This document shows, piece by piece, positions 50,202 through 60,482 of a stretch of 64,000 bases of DNA (position 1 is the stretch's first letter; every line of letters starts with the position of its first letter). Under the pieces are notes generated by a model, which saw only the letters and a program-made list of their open reading frames with translations, did no database searches and was not told the origin of the DNA. This stretch comes from Thermodesulfobacteriota bacterium (GTDB lineage: Bacteria > Desulfobacterota > Binatia > Bin18). Position numbers and translations under genes: made by a program. The DNA lies in assembly GCA_964291405.2 (NCBI GenBank), contig OZ219926.1, forward strand, positions 1,984,001 to 2,048,000, read 5' to 3'.

Positions 50202-50343
50202 CGCCTGCTCCTCCCTTATCCTGCGTCTGGTCGATTCCGCGCTGCTACGCTGAGAGACCATACTAAAAACTTTTTCCAGAGGACGGCAAGACACCAGGGG
50301 TCTTGGGTCGGGTCTCGGGACGGCGTCTCAACCGTGCGGCGCA

Positions 50344-51654
50344 TTAGTACGCATCTGCATACAGGCGCCTGATGTCGGCTGGGTCTTTGTCTTGAAGAAA
50401 GGCGATCTCCCCAGCCTTATGAGCCAGGAACACATCTATGAATTTCCCTGGGAACCACGATCGCAGCAGCCGCTCATTATCGAGAACGTCGAGGGCAGAC
50501 TGCAAGTCGGACGACAATCTGACGACACCGATTTTCGTCAGTTGGTCGTTTGTCAGCAGACTGAGGTCACCGGTCGTCGGTATTGGTGCCGGTTCCTTAT
50601 CTCGAATGCCTTGTAAGCCGGCTCTGGCCAGGACGGCCAGTTGCAAATAGGGGTTGGCCGTTGCGTCGGCGGCTCTGTATTCCACGCGGAATTGTGACTC
50701 TACGGTGAACCCTTCGAGTCCAATCACCGGGCACACGCGCAGCGCTGCCTCTCGGTCATTCTCGGCAAGGTTGTTGAAAGCGGCACTCCACCGATGTGGC
50801 CGCAAGCGCTCATACGACACCACGCTGGACGCCGTCAGCGCAAGCAGGCTCGGCAGGTATTTCCGAATACCGCCAAAGAAGCTCCCGGCCACGGGGGTCA
50901 AACGCGCAGGACTGGTGGCGTCGTAGGTACAAGGAACACCGTCCCGATCAACAAGGCTGATGTGAATATGGAGTCCGTTTCCGGTGCCCTCGTTCACAAC
51001 CGGAGAAAAGCTCACTTTTCGGCCCGTTCTTTTGGCGACGGCACGGACCATTTCCCTGGCAATGACACACTCGTCGGCAGCCCGGAGACCCAGGCGGGGC
51101 GCAACCGTGACCTCGTATTGATCCTGCCCGTATTCCGGTAAGAAGCTATCGGGTGTGAGGTCGGCTGACCGCAAGGCGGCGAGCAGCGTCCGTCCGAACT
51201 CCGCGCCGTGTCTGAAGTTTCCTAAACTGAAGCTCGACCACGGGACTACCTTGTCTGCAACGCTCCAAAACTCATGCTCGAAGGCGACTTTCAGTTGTAA
51301 GCCGGCCTCAGAGAGTAGGTCAGCCAAGACACTTTGCAAGATCGACCGTGGACAAAAATTCCAGGGCGCACCGTCCAAAGTCCGAATGTCCCCAAGCATG
51401 AAATGCTCCGGCGCACTGCCGTCATCAAAAGCAACTCGCACTTCCGCACGCTCGTCCGGGATGAGCAACAGGTCGCCGAGAGACCCAAAAGGACCATCCG
51501 CAATCCTATTGAAACAGGTGATTAGGCTATTGGTCGGCACCCAGCCAACACCTCGGCGGATTCGCGTTTCTCGCTCGCTGGCGGGGAAGCCTTTGCCGCG
51601 CACTTGGTTCGCCAAATCCGCGCAGACGACCATAATGATGTCTTCGCTAATCAT
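50344..51654 (-). CDS. Glutamine synthetase-family gamma-glutamyl ligase
   Basis: FEHEF, EYGQDQYE, GNGLHIHISL, SYERL, NDREAALR, EYRAADATANPYL. Confidence 0.88.
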   Translation of the reverse strand: MISEDIIMVVCADLANQVRGKGFPASERETRIRRGVGWVPTNSLITCFNRIADGPFGSLGDLLLIPDERAEVRVAFDDGSAPEHFMLGDIRTLDGAPWNFCPRSILQSVLADLLSEAGLQLKVAFEHEFWSVADKVVPWSSFSLGNFRHGAEFGRTLLAALRSADLTPDSFLPEYGQDQYEVTVAPRLGLRAADECVIAREMVRAVAKRTGRKVSFSPVVNEGTGNGLHIHISLVDRDGVPCTYDATSPARLTPVAGSFFGGIRKYLPSLLALTASSVVSYERLRPHRWSAAFNNLAENDREAALRVCPVIGLEGFTVESQFRVEYRAADATANPYLQLAVLARAGLQGIRDKEPAPIPTTGDLSLLTNDQLTKIGVVRLSSDLQSALDVLDNERLLRSWFPGKFIDVFLAHKAGEIAFLQDKDPADIRRLYADAY

Positions 51655-52300
51655 CGGAGCCTTTACTGGGATGCTCAATTTCGGTAATCAAGTCCGCCGT
51701 CACGACCTGTCGACAGTAGCCCTTGATCGCATTCTCGCTGGCTTGCTGTCGGGCGGCTGAGTATGTGGCACACGCGTCGGTGACCATGGTGACGAGATAG
51801 CCAAGATCACAGGCGTCACGGATGGCGCTCTCCACACACTGATCGGTTGCGACCCCGGCAATCACTATTTGTTTGACTCCGAGAGAACGCAGCACATAAT
51901 CGATATTCGTCGAGTTGAAAACACTCGACGCCGTCTTACTGATGACAATCTCATCTCCCACCGGGGCAATTTCATCGAGGACTTGGGCGTCCCATGAGCC
52001 TTTCGGGACGTTAAAGCCGGTAATCTTATAGTCGAGGCCACGATCCCGCCCGTCTTGTGTGAGGTTTTCGATGACGCAGAACATCACTTCTATACCAGCG
52101 GCGCGGCAGCAGTGCTGTAGACGGGCAATGTTCTTGACGGCTGGTTTGAGGGCGGCAAAGAAGAAGTCGCGCTCGCCTCGCTGTGCTTCCGGTATCGAAC
52201 GGACTTCTTCCCCATCTGGATGCGCGCAGTAGTTTTGCACGTCGATAATGAGAAAAGCCGACTCGCCTCTGCGGAGCGGCAGATCACGACTCAAGTGCAT
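51647..52300 (-). CDS. Isochorismatase-family cysteine hydrolase
   Basis: IIDVQN, KTASSVF, GVATDQCVES. Confidence 0.9.
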   Translation of the reverse strand: MHLSRDLPLRRGESAFLIIDVQNYCAHPDGEEVRSIPEAQRGERDFFFAALKPAVKNIARLQHCCRAAGIEVMFCVIENLTQDGRDRGLDYKITGFNVPKGSWDAQVLDEIAPVGDEIVISKTASSVFNSTNIDYVLRSLGVKQIVIAGVATDQCVESAIRDACDLGYLVTMVTDACATYSAARQQASENAIKGYCRQVVTADLITEIEHPSKGSDD

Positions 52301-53094
52301 AACCGTAGCTCCTCAAGACAGCGCTGAAGCGAGCGGGTCAATACGTGTCCCCAGCGCGCCTGTCCCGCTGTGTTGCGAATAAGATCGTTTCGTATCTCGA
52401 TTAACACGTGCGGGATACCACGCGCCTCACCGAACCGCGGAATGGTACTGTCTTCATCATCAGCCACAACGTAGGGCTCGTTCATACCGATGACGGCATC
52501 GGGCGCTTCGACGCGCAGGTGATGGGCCAGCACTGTCGCCAGTGCGTCATCGCGATTGAACAAGAGCCCCATATGCCACGGTCGATCGACTCCGTTGAGC
52601 GTTGGGGTAAAACTGTGGATACACACCAAAACAGTCGGCACTGATCGTTGCTCTCGGTCATCGAGTGTCTGCTCGATACTATCACTGAAAGGCTGCCAAA
52701 TCTCGCGTATACGTTGTGCTCGTTGCGCGTCCGAAAGACTCACGTTACCTGGGACACTGACCCCTGCTGAGGCTCCGGGAATGAAATCCGGCACCCCAAG
52801 CGGTCTATTACAATCCACCACCAAGCGAGAGTATCTTTGATAGATGAGTTCGCCTGGAAGAGTACTCGCCAACTCCCGCGCAACGGCTAACGCTCCGATG
52901 TCCCAGCCAATATGGCTCTGCCGTTCAGATTGCGAGAGCCCGAGCGTGCCGAGTTGTGACGGTATGACGTTTCCCGCATGCTCGCAGACAAGGAGAAGGG
53001 GCGTGTTCGCCTGCTGATGGAGATGGCCGATCGGAGGGACATCATGAGGTTGTAGCAGCGATGGTTCAGGAGGGTCCAAGGAGCGAGCGTACAA
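52291..53094 (-). CDS. N-formylglutamate amidohydrolase family protein
   Basis: VCEHA, HIGWDIG, YSRLVVDCNR, IHSFTP, NEPY, IEIRNDL; exact start uncertain. Confidence 0.9.
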   Translation of the reverse strand: MYARSLDPPEPSLLQPHDVPPIGHLHQQANTPLLLVCEHAGNVIPSQLGTLGLSQSERQSHIGWDIGALAVARELASTLPGELIYQRYSRLVVDCNRPLGVPDFIPGASAGVSVPGNVSLSDAQRAQRIREIWQPFSDSIEQTLDDREQRSVPTVLVCIHSFTPTLNGVDRPWHMGLLFNRDDALATVLAHHLRVEAPDAVIGMNEPYVVADDEDSTIPRFGEARGIPHVLIEIRNDLIRNTAGQARWGHVLTRSLQRCLEELRLCT

Positions 53095-53202
53095 AAACGA
53101 GAGTCGTATTTCAACATTGCCGCTTCTGCTTTGTCACCGCATGCAGCTACAGACACTCGCACCCTTTCCACCTGCTCGGTAAGAGCCGGTGGCCACGCAG
53201 GA

Positions 53203-54216
53203 CTACAAGAAGTGCGGCATGAGATGGGTCCTGACTGCCTCCAGGGTGGCCGTGGGCCTGATGCCCGGTACCTCGAACGCGACTGGACTGGTGAGTCCGG
53301 CGTCGACCAGGGCGGCCAGCCTGTGGCGGCAGTGCTCCGGGTCACCGGCAATCGCAAAAGTATCGATCATCCAATCCGTTACCAGATCGACGGGCAGGTC
53401 ACCTGCGGCAAACCGCTCGCCGAAAGGCTGCACGTCGCTGGCGGCAAGACCGGGACAGGAGAAGAGCGGATGCTCCGGCTGGCCGCTTAACAGCCCGATC
53501 CAGGTGGCCAGAAAGGGCTTGACGGCCTCACGGGCAGCGGCCGCGTCTTCGGCAACGGCAATAGTCAGCAGACCGCCGACTTCAAAGTCCGTCCAGTCTT
53601 TGCCTGCGGCGGTCGCTCCTTGTCTGAGACACTCTACCGCGTAGCGCACATAGGCCGGGCTCAGCAGTACGGCCAGCAGAGCCCCGTCGGCAATCTGGCC
53701 TGCCAGGGTCAGGTTCTGCGGGCCCAGTACCCCCAGGTGAATCGGCACGTCCGGCCGGGGGGGATGAAAATTGAAACAGGCAGCCGTGGTCTGGAACACC
53801 TGTCCGGTATACGTCACCGCCTCACCCCGAAAGAGCGCCCGGATAATCTCCACGCCTTCCCGCATTGAGGTGGCCGGTTTTGTGTACGGAATCCCGAGTT
53901 GCCCCTCAATCCAGGGGGCGACACTCGCGCCCATACCCAACACCGCGCGGCCGTCGGATATTTCTTCCAGGGAACCCAGCTCCATCGCCGTCAGGACGGG
54001 GTGGCGCGTATAGGGGTTGAGCACACCGATGCCGACACGGAGCGAAGTTGTGCACGCCGCGATGGCGCTGGCCAAGCTGAACGCCCCGCGGTGCACATAA
54101 TCTTCCGGCACCCAATAGGTCCCAAAGCCGTCGGCTTCGGCCTGTCGGGCCGTCGCCATGCATTCCCGAGCCGTCAGATGCTGAAAGCTCACGCCAAATT
54201 CCTTCACCTGTCCCAT
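53203..54216 (-). CDS. LLM-class (Mer-like) oxidoreductase
   Basis: GF...WVPED, GVLNPYTRHP, GRAVLG.G, LAGQIADG. Confidence 0.88.
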   Translation of the reverse strand: MGQVKEFGVSFQHLTARECMATARQAEADGFGTYWVPEDYVHRGAFSLASAIAACTTSLRVGIGVLNPYTRHPVLTAMELGSLEEISDGRAVLGMGASVAPWIEGQLGIPYTKPATSMREGVEIIRALFRGEAVTYTGQVFQTTAACFNFHPPRPDVPIHLGVLGPQNLTLAGQIADGALLAVLLSPAYVRYAVECLRQGATAAGKDWTDFEVGGLLTIAVAEDAAAAREAVKPFLATWIGLLSGQPEHPLFSCPGLAASDVQPFGERFAAGDLPVDLVTDWMIDTFAIAGDPEHCRHRLAALVDAGLTSPVAFEVPGIRPTATLEAVRTHLMPHFL

Positions 54217-54260
54217 CGAAACCTCTCAGTGTGATTTTGAGACGGGTTTTGAAACCCTTT

Positions 54261-54722
54261 TTACCCTGCGTTTTTCTGCTCCTCGTAGGCGCTGGCAAAA
54301 TCCTCCAGGCTGAGCGTCACGTTGACGTTGAGGTCGTCGTCGAGCCCCTCGAATAACACGCCATCCTTGCCCCGCACACTGTAGAAAACGACACCCCCGC
54401 CATCACCGGCGCCTTCGCGATGCGGGTCGCCCGGTAGACTGGAGGTGTAGCTGCCCACGGGACGAATCTCCATGAGCGAACCGTCGGGCTCATACAGCCG
54501 GTGCTCACCCTGTACGACAAAGGTGCTGGTGAGGGCCAGATGTCGGTGTAGGAATATCTGCTCGTGAGCCGGGAATTTGAGTATAAAGTCGACGATGAGC
54601 TTTTCGCGATCCACATCGAGCATGGCAAACACGAAATGCTCGAAATCGCCTAATCTGTACCAGCGCGTATTGCGGTCATCGAAGGTATACCGCGGTGTCT
54701 CGGCCGTGTGAGTGGTTGTCAT
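54261..54722 (-). CDS. Cupin-fold (ChrR-like) protein
   Basis: LHRH....FV.QGEH, GSYT...G..HRE. Confidence 0.65.
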   Translation of the reverse strand: MTTTHTAETPRYTFDDRNTRWYRLGDFEHFVFAMLDVDREKLIVDFILKFPAHEQIFLHRHLALTSTFVVQGEHRLYEPDGSLMEIRPVGSYTSSLPGDPHREGAGDGGGVVFYSVRGKDGVLFEGLDDDLNVNVTLSLEDFASAYEEQKNAG

Positions 54723-54773
54723 ATCGTGCCCTCTCTCGGTTGGTGTTGTCATCCGTTTTTGCGATACGGCGCG

Positions 54774-55583
54774 TTAGGCGCTGCCGACGTCGCTATAATC
54801 TCCGTGTCGCCCCTTCCCACTGCTGAACCGCATGGCACCCGCGAGACCTTCGGTCTCAACGATATCGACACTGTTTTCCCACTCGGTCCGCAGGGCGTCA
54901 GCGACCGGTAAGCCATGCTGCCGATAGACCGAGCGGCGGTCCGCGCGCACGCAGCCCTGCGGAAAACGGGCAATCTCCTGGGCGAGCGCCTCGGCAGCCT
55001 CTCGCGAGCACCCGTCAGCGACCACCTGCTCGCAGGCGCCGATGCGCAGACACTCCTCGGCTGGCACTTTGCGACCGGTCAGGATGATTTCGAGGGCACG
55101 TCCCTGTCCAACCAGTCGCGGCAGGCGGACCGTACCCCCGTCGATCAACGGCACCCCCCAGCGTCGGCAGTAGACCCCAAAGTAGGCGCTCTGCTCCATC
55201 ACGCGGATATCGCACCACAACGCCAGCTCGAAGCCGCCCGCGACCGCCGGACCCGCGACCGCAGCAATCACCGGTTTCGACAGCCCAAGCCGGGTCGGCC
55301 CCATGGCGCCACGCGGCGGCGTGCTACCGTCTTTTGGAAAGTCGAGGTCCCGGAGCGGTTTTGTACGCCCTTGGAGCGCACTCGCGTATTTCAGATCCCA
55401 GCCGGCGCAGAACGCCCCGCCTTCACCCCAGAGCACGGCCACACTAGCATCCGGGTCGGCCTCGAACTGCTCGAAGGCCGTCACCAACGCCTCCGCGCTG
55501 GCGGGGTCCATGGCGTTGCGCGCTTCGAAGCGGCTGTGAATGACGGTCGTCACGGCACCCTTCTTTTCAATGCGTACGGTCAT
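54774..55583 (-). CDS. Enoyl-CoA hydratase/isomerase family protein
   Basis: RNAM, FCAGWDL, KPVIAAVAG.AVAGGFELAL, CRRWGVPLIDGGT. Confidence 0.92.
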   Translation of the reverse strand: MTVRIEKKGAVTTVIHSRFEARNAMDPASAEALVTAFEQFEADPDASVAVLWGEGGAFCAGWDLKYASALQGRTKPLRDLDFPKDGSTPPRGAMGPTRLGLSKPVIAAVAGPAVAGGFELALWCDIRVMEQSAYFGVYCRRWGVPLIDGGTVRLPRLVGQGRALEIILTGRKVPAEECLRIGACEQVVADGCSREAAEALAQEIARFPQGCVRADRRSVYRQHGLPVADALRTEWENSVDIVETEGLAGAMRFSSGKGRHGDYSDVGSA

Positions 55584-55838
55584 CACTATCTCCTTCGTCG
55601 TTCAGGTTTGCCGAGCCTGTATGCTGTGTTTCGTTTCTTGTAAACCGGGACGGGAATTCCCATCGAAACCTCCGTCGGTCGGGCCGGGCCGGGCCGCGCT
55701 GAGCGGGTCCTTTTTGTACGGCCCGCCCCGGTTGCTGTCAACAAAGGCCACCGCGAGCGTTGCCACGCTCTTGCCGCCTTCGCCTCTCGCCGGGTATCGT
55801 GCCCTCGGCCCAATATCGGCCCGCTCGGAACATGACCC

Positions 55839-57212
55839 ATGCCACGCCACGTCCTCCAGTCCTCGGTTCTTATCGCCAGTGCCAGCGCCGTGCTGGTCTC
55901 GCTCGATACGTCCGTGAATATCGCCTTCCCGGCAATTACGACAGCCTTTGGCCTGGACGTCACAGCCATGCAGTGGGTTGTGGTCAGCTACGTCCTGACC
56001 TATGCCAGCCTGCTGCTCGGCTGCGGCAAGGTCGCCGATGTATGGGGTCACCGCCGCGTCCTGAGCTGGGGTCTGATCGCCATCTCCGTCGCCCTGCTGC
56101 TATGCGGCCTGGCGCCCACCTTTCCCCTGCTGCTCGGAGCCCGGATTGTTCAGGGTATCGCCGTAGCCCTTATTTTTGCCGCGGCCCCGGCGTTGGCTAC
56201 ACTGTCGGTCCCACCACCCGCCCGGGGTCGCGTCCTCGGCATTTTTCAGATGAGTGCGGCGGTCGGCTTTGCCTTGGGCCCCCTCGTCGGTGGCCTCTTG
56301 GTCGGCAGCTTTGGCTGGCGCGCGGTGTATCTGTTTCGGGTCGTGCCGGCCCTGGTGCTGGGCTGGTGGGCGTTCAGACAGACCCCGGCAGCCACCAAGC
56401 AGACCACCCGGCCCGCCTTTGACTCCCTCGGCATGCTCAGCCTGGCGGGCGGTATCGCCGGACTTCTGCTGGCCATGAGTCGGGGCCAGACCGCAGGCTG
56501 GCATTCACCCCTCGTCCTGACCCTGCTGGGGCTCTCGGGCCTGAGCTTTGCCCTGTTTATGAAGGTCGAAAGCACGGCCAACGCCCCGGTCGTGGACCTC
56601 GGCCTGTTCCGCCGGCCGGCCTTCACTCTGGCCAACGCTCTGAATGTGCTGGCGAACGGCGCCATGTTTGCGATTTGGCTCCTCGTCCCCCACTATACCG
56701 TGCAGGTCCTCGGGCATCCCGAAACCACCGCCGGGCTGGTATTGGTAGCCACCCCCCTAGCTACCGCCCTGGTGGCTCCGCTGGCGGGTGCGCTCACGGA
56801 CCGGATAGGGACCAGGCTGTTGAGTTCTGTGGGGCTCGGTCTCGAGGCCTGCGGGCTGTGGCTGATGAGTACGCTATCCGGCGAAACCGCCATCCTGCCG
56901 GCCGTGTTGACGCTTGGCCTGGTTGGAGCGGGCGTCGGGCTCTTCCAGGTGCCCAATATGAGCTTTGTGATGGGGGCGATTCCCCGCGACCAGCAGGGGG
57001 TCGCGGGCGGGATGAGCCAGATGATGCGGACGCTGGGCGTCGTCCTCGGCGTGACCGGCGCCAGTACGCTGTTTGCCAGCCGCAAGATGATGTATGCGGC
57101 GTCCGGCTCCGGGGCGTATATAGACTCGTTTATGCCAGCCTTCCAGGACGTGTTCCTGGTCTGTGCGGGGGTCTGTTTGTGTGCGTGTGTGCTGTCCGTG
57201 CTCCGCCGGTAA
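55839..57212 (+). CDS. MFS transporter, DHA2-like
   Basis: LD.SVNIAFP, GKVADVWGHRR, GPLVGG, GWR.VY, many TM segments. Confidence 0.9.
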   Translation: MPRHVLQSSVLIASASAVLVSLDTSVNIAFPAITTAFGLDVTAMQWVVVSYVLTYASLLLGCGKVADVWGHRRVLSWGLIAISVALLLCGLAPTFPLLLGARIVQGIAVALIFAAAPALATLSVPPPARGRVLGIFQMSAAVGFALGPLVGGLLVGSFGWRAVYLFRVVPALVLGWWAFRQTPAATKQTTRPAFDSLGMLSLAGGIAGLLLAMSRGQTAGWHSPLVLTLLGLSGLSFALFMKVESTANAPVVDLGLFRRPAFTLANALNVLANGAMFAIWLLVPHYTVQVLGHPETTAGLVLVATPLATALVAPLAGALTDRIGTRLLSSVGLGLEACGLWLMSTLSGETAILPAVLTLGLVGAGVGLFQVPNMSFVMGAIPRDQQGVAGGMSQMMRTLGVVLGVTGASTLFASRKMMYAASGSGAYIDSFMPAFQDVFLVCAGVCLCACVLSVLRR

Positions 57213-57321
57213 CGACCGCAACTTTCTCTTTCAAATCTTGCATGGCGTTCTCTCTTTACTCCGCTTCGACCCAGCGGTCGTCCCGCTTATGAAACCGGAG
57301 GCTGGCCCGTATAGGTCCCGG

Positions 57322-57750
57322 TTAGTTTTTGTTGTCCTGCGTTTGGTCTTGAATTTTGACTTCAACGAAAACCGCGCCGGACCATTCCGCCCGCATATAG
57401 GTCCACGGACGCAGTTTCCTGAACCCCGCGCCGCTTCGCTCGGGATCATCGAGAATGGGGGTAGCCCAGCCTGTGTACTCCGTTCCCTGAATGAGCATCG
57501 TGACTTCCGCGCCGCCCTCAAGATGTTTCTCCCACCCGAAATCGCTTCCGATGGAGACCATATCCCCCTCGCGCAGGTAGTTCACAGGAAACGTTTTCAT
57601 CTGTGCCGTCTCCCGGTCTTTCATTGTGATGAGCATAGTCCGGCCACTGAACAGCGTATGCTGCTCGGATTGCAGGATGATTGGCATCAGAGGATGGTAG
57701 GCCGCGGCGAGTACGGAGAGGCCGGCTACTATGGAAATAATAGTGATCAT
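57322..57750 (-). CDS. Hypothetical protein, possibly deazaflavin-dependent nitroreductase-like split barrel
   Basis: IL.S..H.LFSG..MLIT, FPVNY..EGD, W..HLEGG..V; AGGATGGAG upstream. Confidence 0.5.
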   Translation of the reverse strand: MITIISIVAGLSVLAAAYHPLMPIILQSEQHTLFSGRTMLITMKDRETAQMKTFPVNYLREGDMVSIGSDFGWEKHLEGGAEVTMLIQGTEYTGWATPILDDPERSGAGFRKLRPWTYMRAEWSGAVFVEVKIQDQTQDNKN

Positions 57751-57765
57751 ACGTCTTCTCCATCC

Positions 57766-58668
57766 TTATATCGCATACGTCACACCCGTGCGCTGCTCCG
57801 ACAGTTCCCAAAGTCTTTTGGCGTTTTCGTCGTTACGGGCGTGTTTGCTCATATACGCCTTAGCCGGCGGGCCGGTCATCTCGAATGGACCGCCAGGCCC
57901 GAAGTAGTCACCTCCGCTGACATCCCCAGCCGTGGCTGCATGGAGCGTCGGAAGCGCACCGGCAGGCGGGTCCTGTGCCACAAACGGAAAACTCATGAAA
58001 AACCGAAAACTCGGTTTATACTGCTGTAAATTGGTTCGGGTCGAACCAGGATGGGCCGCCGTGGAGAGCGGAGAGCCTTTCTCCGTGTGATAGCGACGTT
58101 GCAGCTCTCGCATGAACAGCAAATTGGCCAGCTTGCTATAGCCATACGCCCGGTTCGGTGAATATTTCTTTTCCGCATCCAGATTGTCGAAATGCATGAG
58201 ACCATACCGATGCATGATACTGCTCACGGTCACGATGCGTGAGTTTTCCGTTTTGAGTAATAGCGCCAGTAAGCGCCCGGTCAGCGCAAAGTGACCGAGA
58301 TGATTCGTGCCAAACTGCCGCTCGAAACCGTCCACTGTCCGCTCCAAAGAAGGCACCATCATGATCCCCGCGTTGTTGATCAACAGGTCGAGGTTTTGAT
58401 AGACGGCGGTAAAATTCTCGGCGAACGTTTTAACGGACTCCAAGCTCGCCAAGTCGAGTGGTTGAAATTCGATCTTGGCCTGCGGAGCGCTTTGCCGAAT
58501 ATCCGCACACGCGGCTTCGCCTTTTTCTTTATTCCGGCAGGCGAGGATCACCTGAGCGCCTTTTTGTGCGAGAACGCGGGCCGTCTCCAGGCCGATACCG
58601 CTGTTTGCACCGGTCACAATCGCAAGTCGTCCGGTTTGATCCGGAACGTCTTTTTCGCTCCATGCCAT
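57766..58668 (-). CDS. SDR oxidoreductase (retinol dehydrogenase / WWOX-like)
   Basis: TGANSGIG, LINNAG, QFGTNHLGHF, YGYSK, AAHPG. Confidence 0.92.
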   Translation of the reverse strand: MAWSEKDVPDQTGRLAIVTGANSGIGLETARVLAQKGAQVILACRNKEKGEAACADIRQSAPQAKIEFQPLDLASLESVKTFAENFTAVYQNLDLLINNAGIMMVPSLERTVDGFERQFGTNHLGHFALTGRLLALLLKTENSRIVTVSSIMHRYGLMHFDNLDAEKKYSPNRAYGYSKLANLLFMRELQRRYHTEKGSPLSTAAHPGSTRTNLQQYKPSFRFFMSFPFVAQDPPAGALPTLHAATAGDVSGGDYFGPGGPFEMTGPPAKAYMSKHARNDENAKRLWELSEQRTGVTYAI

Positions 58669-58679
58669 ATGGAGATCCT

Positions 58680-59141
58680 CTATCGGCGGGGTGTGACTCG
58701 GACGGCAACCATCTTGCTGGCCTGAACCCGTCCGGCCAGCGGCATAGCCCAATACGTCAACCAGGCCATCCAGTATTTTTTCTTATATGCCGCATTGATC
58801 CGATCTAGGATCACGGGATCGGTTACGATTTGGGTTTCCCCGCTAAAAGCTGGAGCTCGCTTCTCGTCCAGCCAGACCAGGACCGGGCTCCCCCTCCGAA
58901 TCCGGCGGGCTTTGAATGAGGTCGGAGCAGTGATGAAATAGATCGCCTCATCCTCATACGCGAACCAGATAGGAGCCGGGCGGCTCCAGTCACCATTGGC
59001 GCGCTTGGTGGCCACGGAGATTAACTTTTGTGTTTTCAGGAAAGTTTTGACCGATGGGTTCAGTGCGCCTCCGCTGTCTGCCATGCTCCCGCTACCCACA
59101 CTAAGAATGAGAACAATTCCAAGGAGCCTCTTCGGAGTCAT
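58680..59141 (-). CDS. PPOX-class split-barrel protein with N-terminal hydrophobic leader
   Basis: VAT..NG....PIWF, S.KARRIRR, AY.KKY. Confidence 0.7.
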   Translation of the reverse strand: MTPKRLLGIVLILSVGSGSMADSGGALNPSVKTFLKTQKLISVATKRANGDWSRPAPIWFAYEDEAIYFITAPTSFKARRIRRGSPVLVWLDEKRAPAFSGETQIVTDPVILDRINAAYKKKYWMAWLTYWAMPLAGRVQASKMVAVRVTPRR

Positions 59142-59268
59142 GATGGCCTCTCGGTGACTGCTGCACGCGCGGCATTGCCCAGCCGGTCAGCCACCCGGAC
59201 CGGAGAGATGCACAAGCTGGGACTGGGACCGTCACCCTACCTCACTTGGCTACAATCGCGGTAATCCG

Positions 59269-60393
59269 TCAAATCCCAAAGAAACGACTGGCATTCCCCC
59301 CCAGAATTTTATCCACCGACTCGGGCGGCAGCGAAGACAAGGTTTCACGCGCTTTGCGCACAGGCTCAACAAAGCCCTCGGCGTGGGGATAGTCGGAGCC
59401 GACGAAGAATTTTTCGTCTCCAGCAAATTGGACGATGAGGGGGAACATCCTCTCTTCGGGATCGCCGTTAATCCAGATGTTGCGCTCGAAGTATTCGGAC
59501 GCCGGGCGCTCCATCTGGGAGGTATGGCCCATGTATTTATACCGGTAGTCGAGCCGTTCCAGCCATTCGCCAATCCAGCCGACCATGGCCTCTATAGTGG
59601 CCACCCGCAGGCGGGGAAAGCGTTCCAGCACACCATCGTAGACCATGGTGGTCAGCGCCATGCGCGGGTCCTGAATCAGATTCATGGTCACGAACATCAT
59701 GCCGGGGTCGCGGTCGCGATACCATTCGCGCCCGGTCGAATGCTTATGCCCGGTCAAATGGATACCGACACTCAGGTCCAAATCCTGCACCGCAGCCCAG
59801 ATGGGGTCCAAATCCGGGTGGCCGAAGCTGCGACCGTTGATGGGGGCCGCGGCAACAAATATCGTCCGGCAGCCCAGCTTGGCAACCCGGTTGAGTTCAC
59901 GCACAGCCAGCTCCGCGTCGCGCAGGGAGATATGCGCCGCAGGAAACAGTCGATCGCTATGGCTGGCGCACAGTTCAAACGCCCAGGTGTTATAGGCCCG
60001 GCTCAGGGCGTCGGCAAAGACCGGGTCCTCCACGGTGCCTTCCCATAAGAGGCCGAGCGTGGGGTAGATGACCTGGGCGTGAATACCTTCGGCATCCAAA
60101 AACTCGACCCGCTTGTCCATATTCTGCCAATCCGGGCTGAGCGCCAGATATTGATCGAAGTGGCCGACGTCCCGGCCCATTTCTTTCTGCCCATAGGCCA
60201 CCACTGCGGCCAACAGGTCTGTGGCGTTGACCATCTTGAGGGGTTTGCCGTCCACCAGGATGGTCGGCTCCCCGCTGGTCGCGTCCTTTTCCACCCGCAT
60301 GGCCCGCTCCCGAAATGCCGGATCAATATAGCGGGGGTAGAGGTCAAGCGGCTCCATAAAGTGGCTGTCGCCATCGATCACGTTCATTGACAT
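59269..60393 (-). CDS. Amidohydrolase_2 family protein
   Basis: VIDGDSH, D.EGI..QVIYPT, RAYNTW, H, GVLERFP.L, GSDYPH; ATG 60393 after GAGGAG. Confidence 0.9.
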   Translation of the reverse strand: MSMNVIDGDSHFMEPLDLYPRYIDPAFRERAMRVEKDATSGEPTILVDGKPLKMVNATDLLAAVVAYGQKEMGRDVGHFDQYLALSPDWQNMDKRVEFLDAEGIHAQVIYPTLGLLWEGTVEDPVFADALSRAYNTWAFELCASHSDRLFPAAHISLRDAELAVRELNRVAKLGCRTIFVAAAPINGRSFGHPDLDPIWAAVQDLDLSVGIHLTGHKHSTGREWYRDRDPGMMFVTMNLIQDPRMALTTMVYDGVLERFPRLRVATIEAMVGWIGEWLERLDYRYKYMGHTSQMERPASEYFERNIWINGDPEERMFPLIVQFAGDEKFFVGSDYPHAEGFVEPVRKARETLSSLPPESVDKILGGNASRFFGI

Positions 60394-60482
60394 GCTCCTC
60401 TCAGTTCGACTCCGGCAAAAAATTCCGTATGTTCTCGGAATGTGAACTACTCTACCATTGGTGCTCGTGTTGAGAAATATCT

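Noticed and set aside
55590-55838. GC-rich GGGCC repeats and hairpin upstream of the MFS gene
   Set aside because: Low-complexity GC pairing with no identifiable RNA family.
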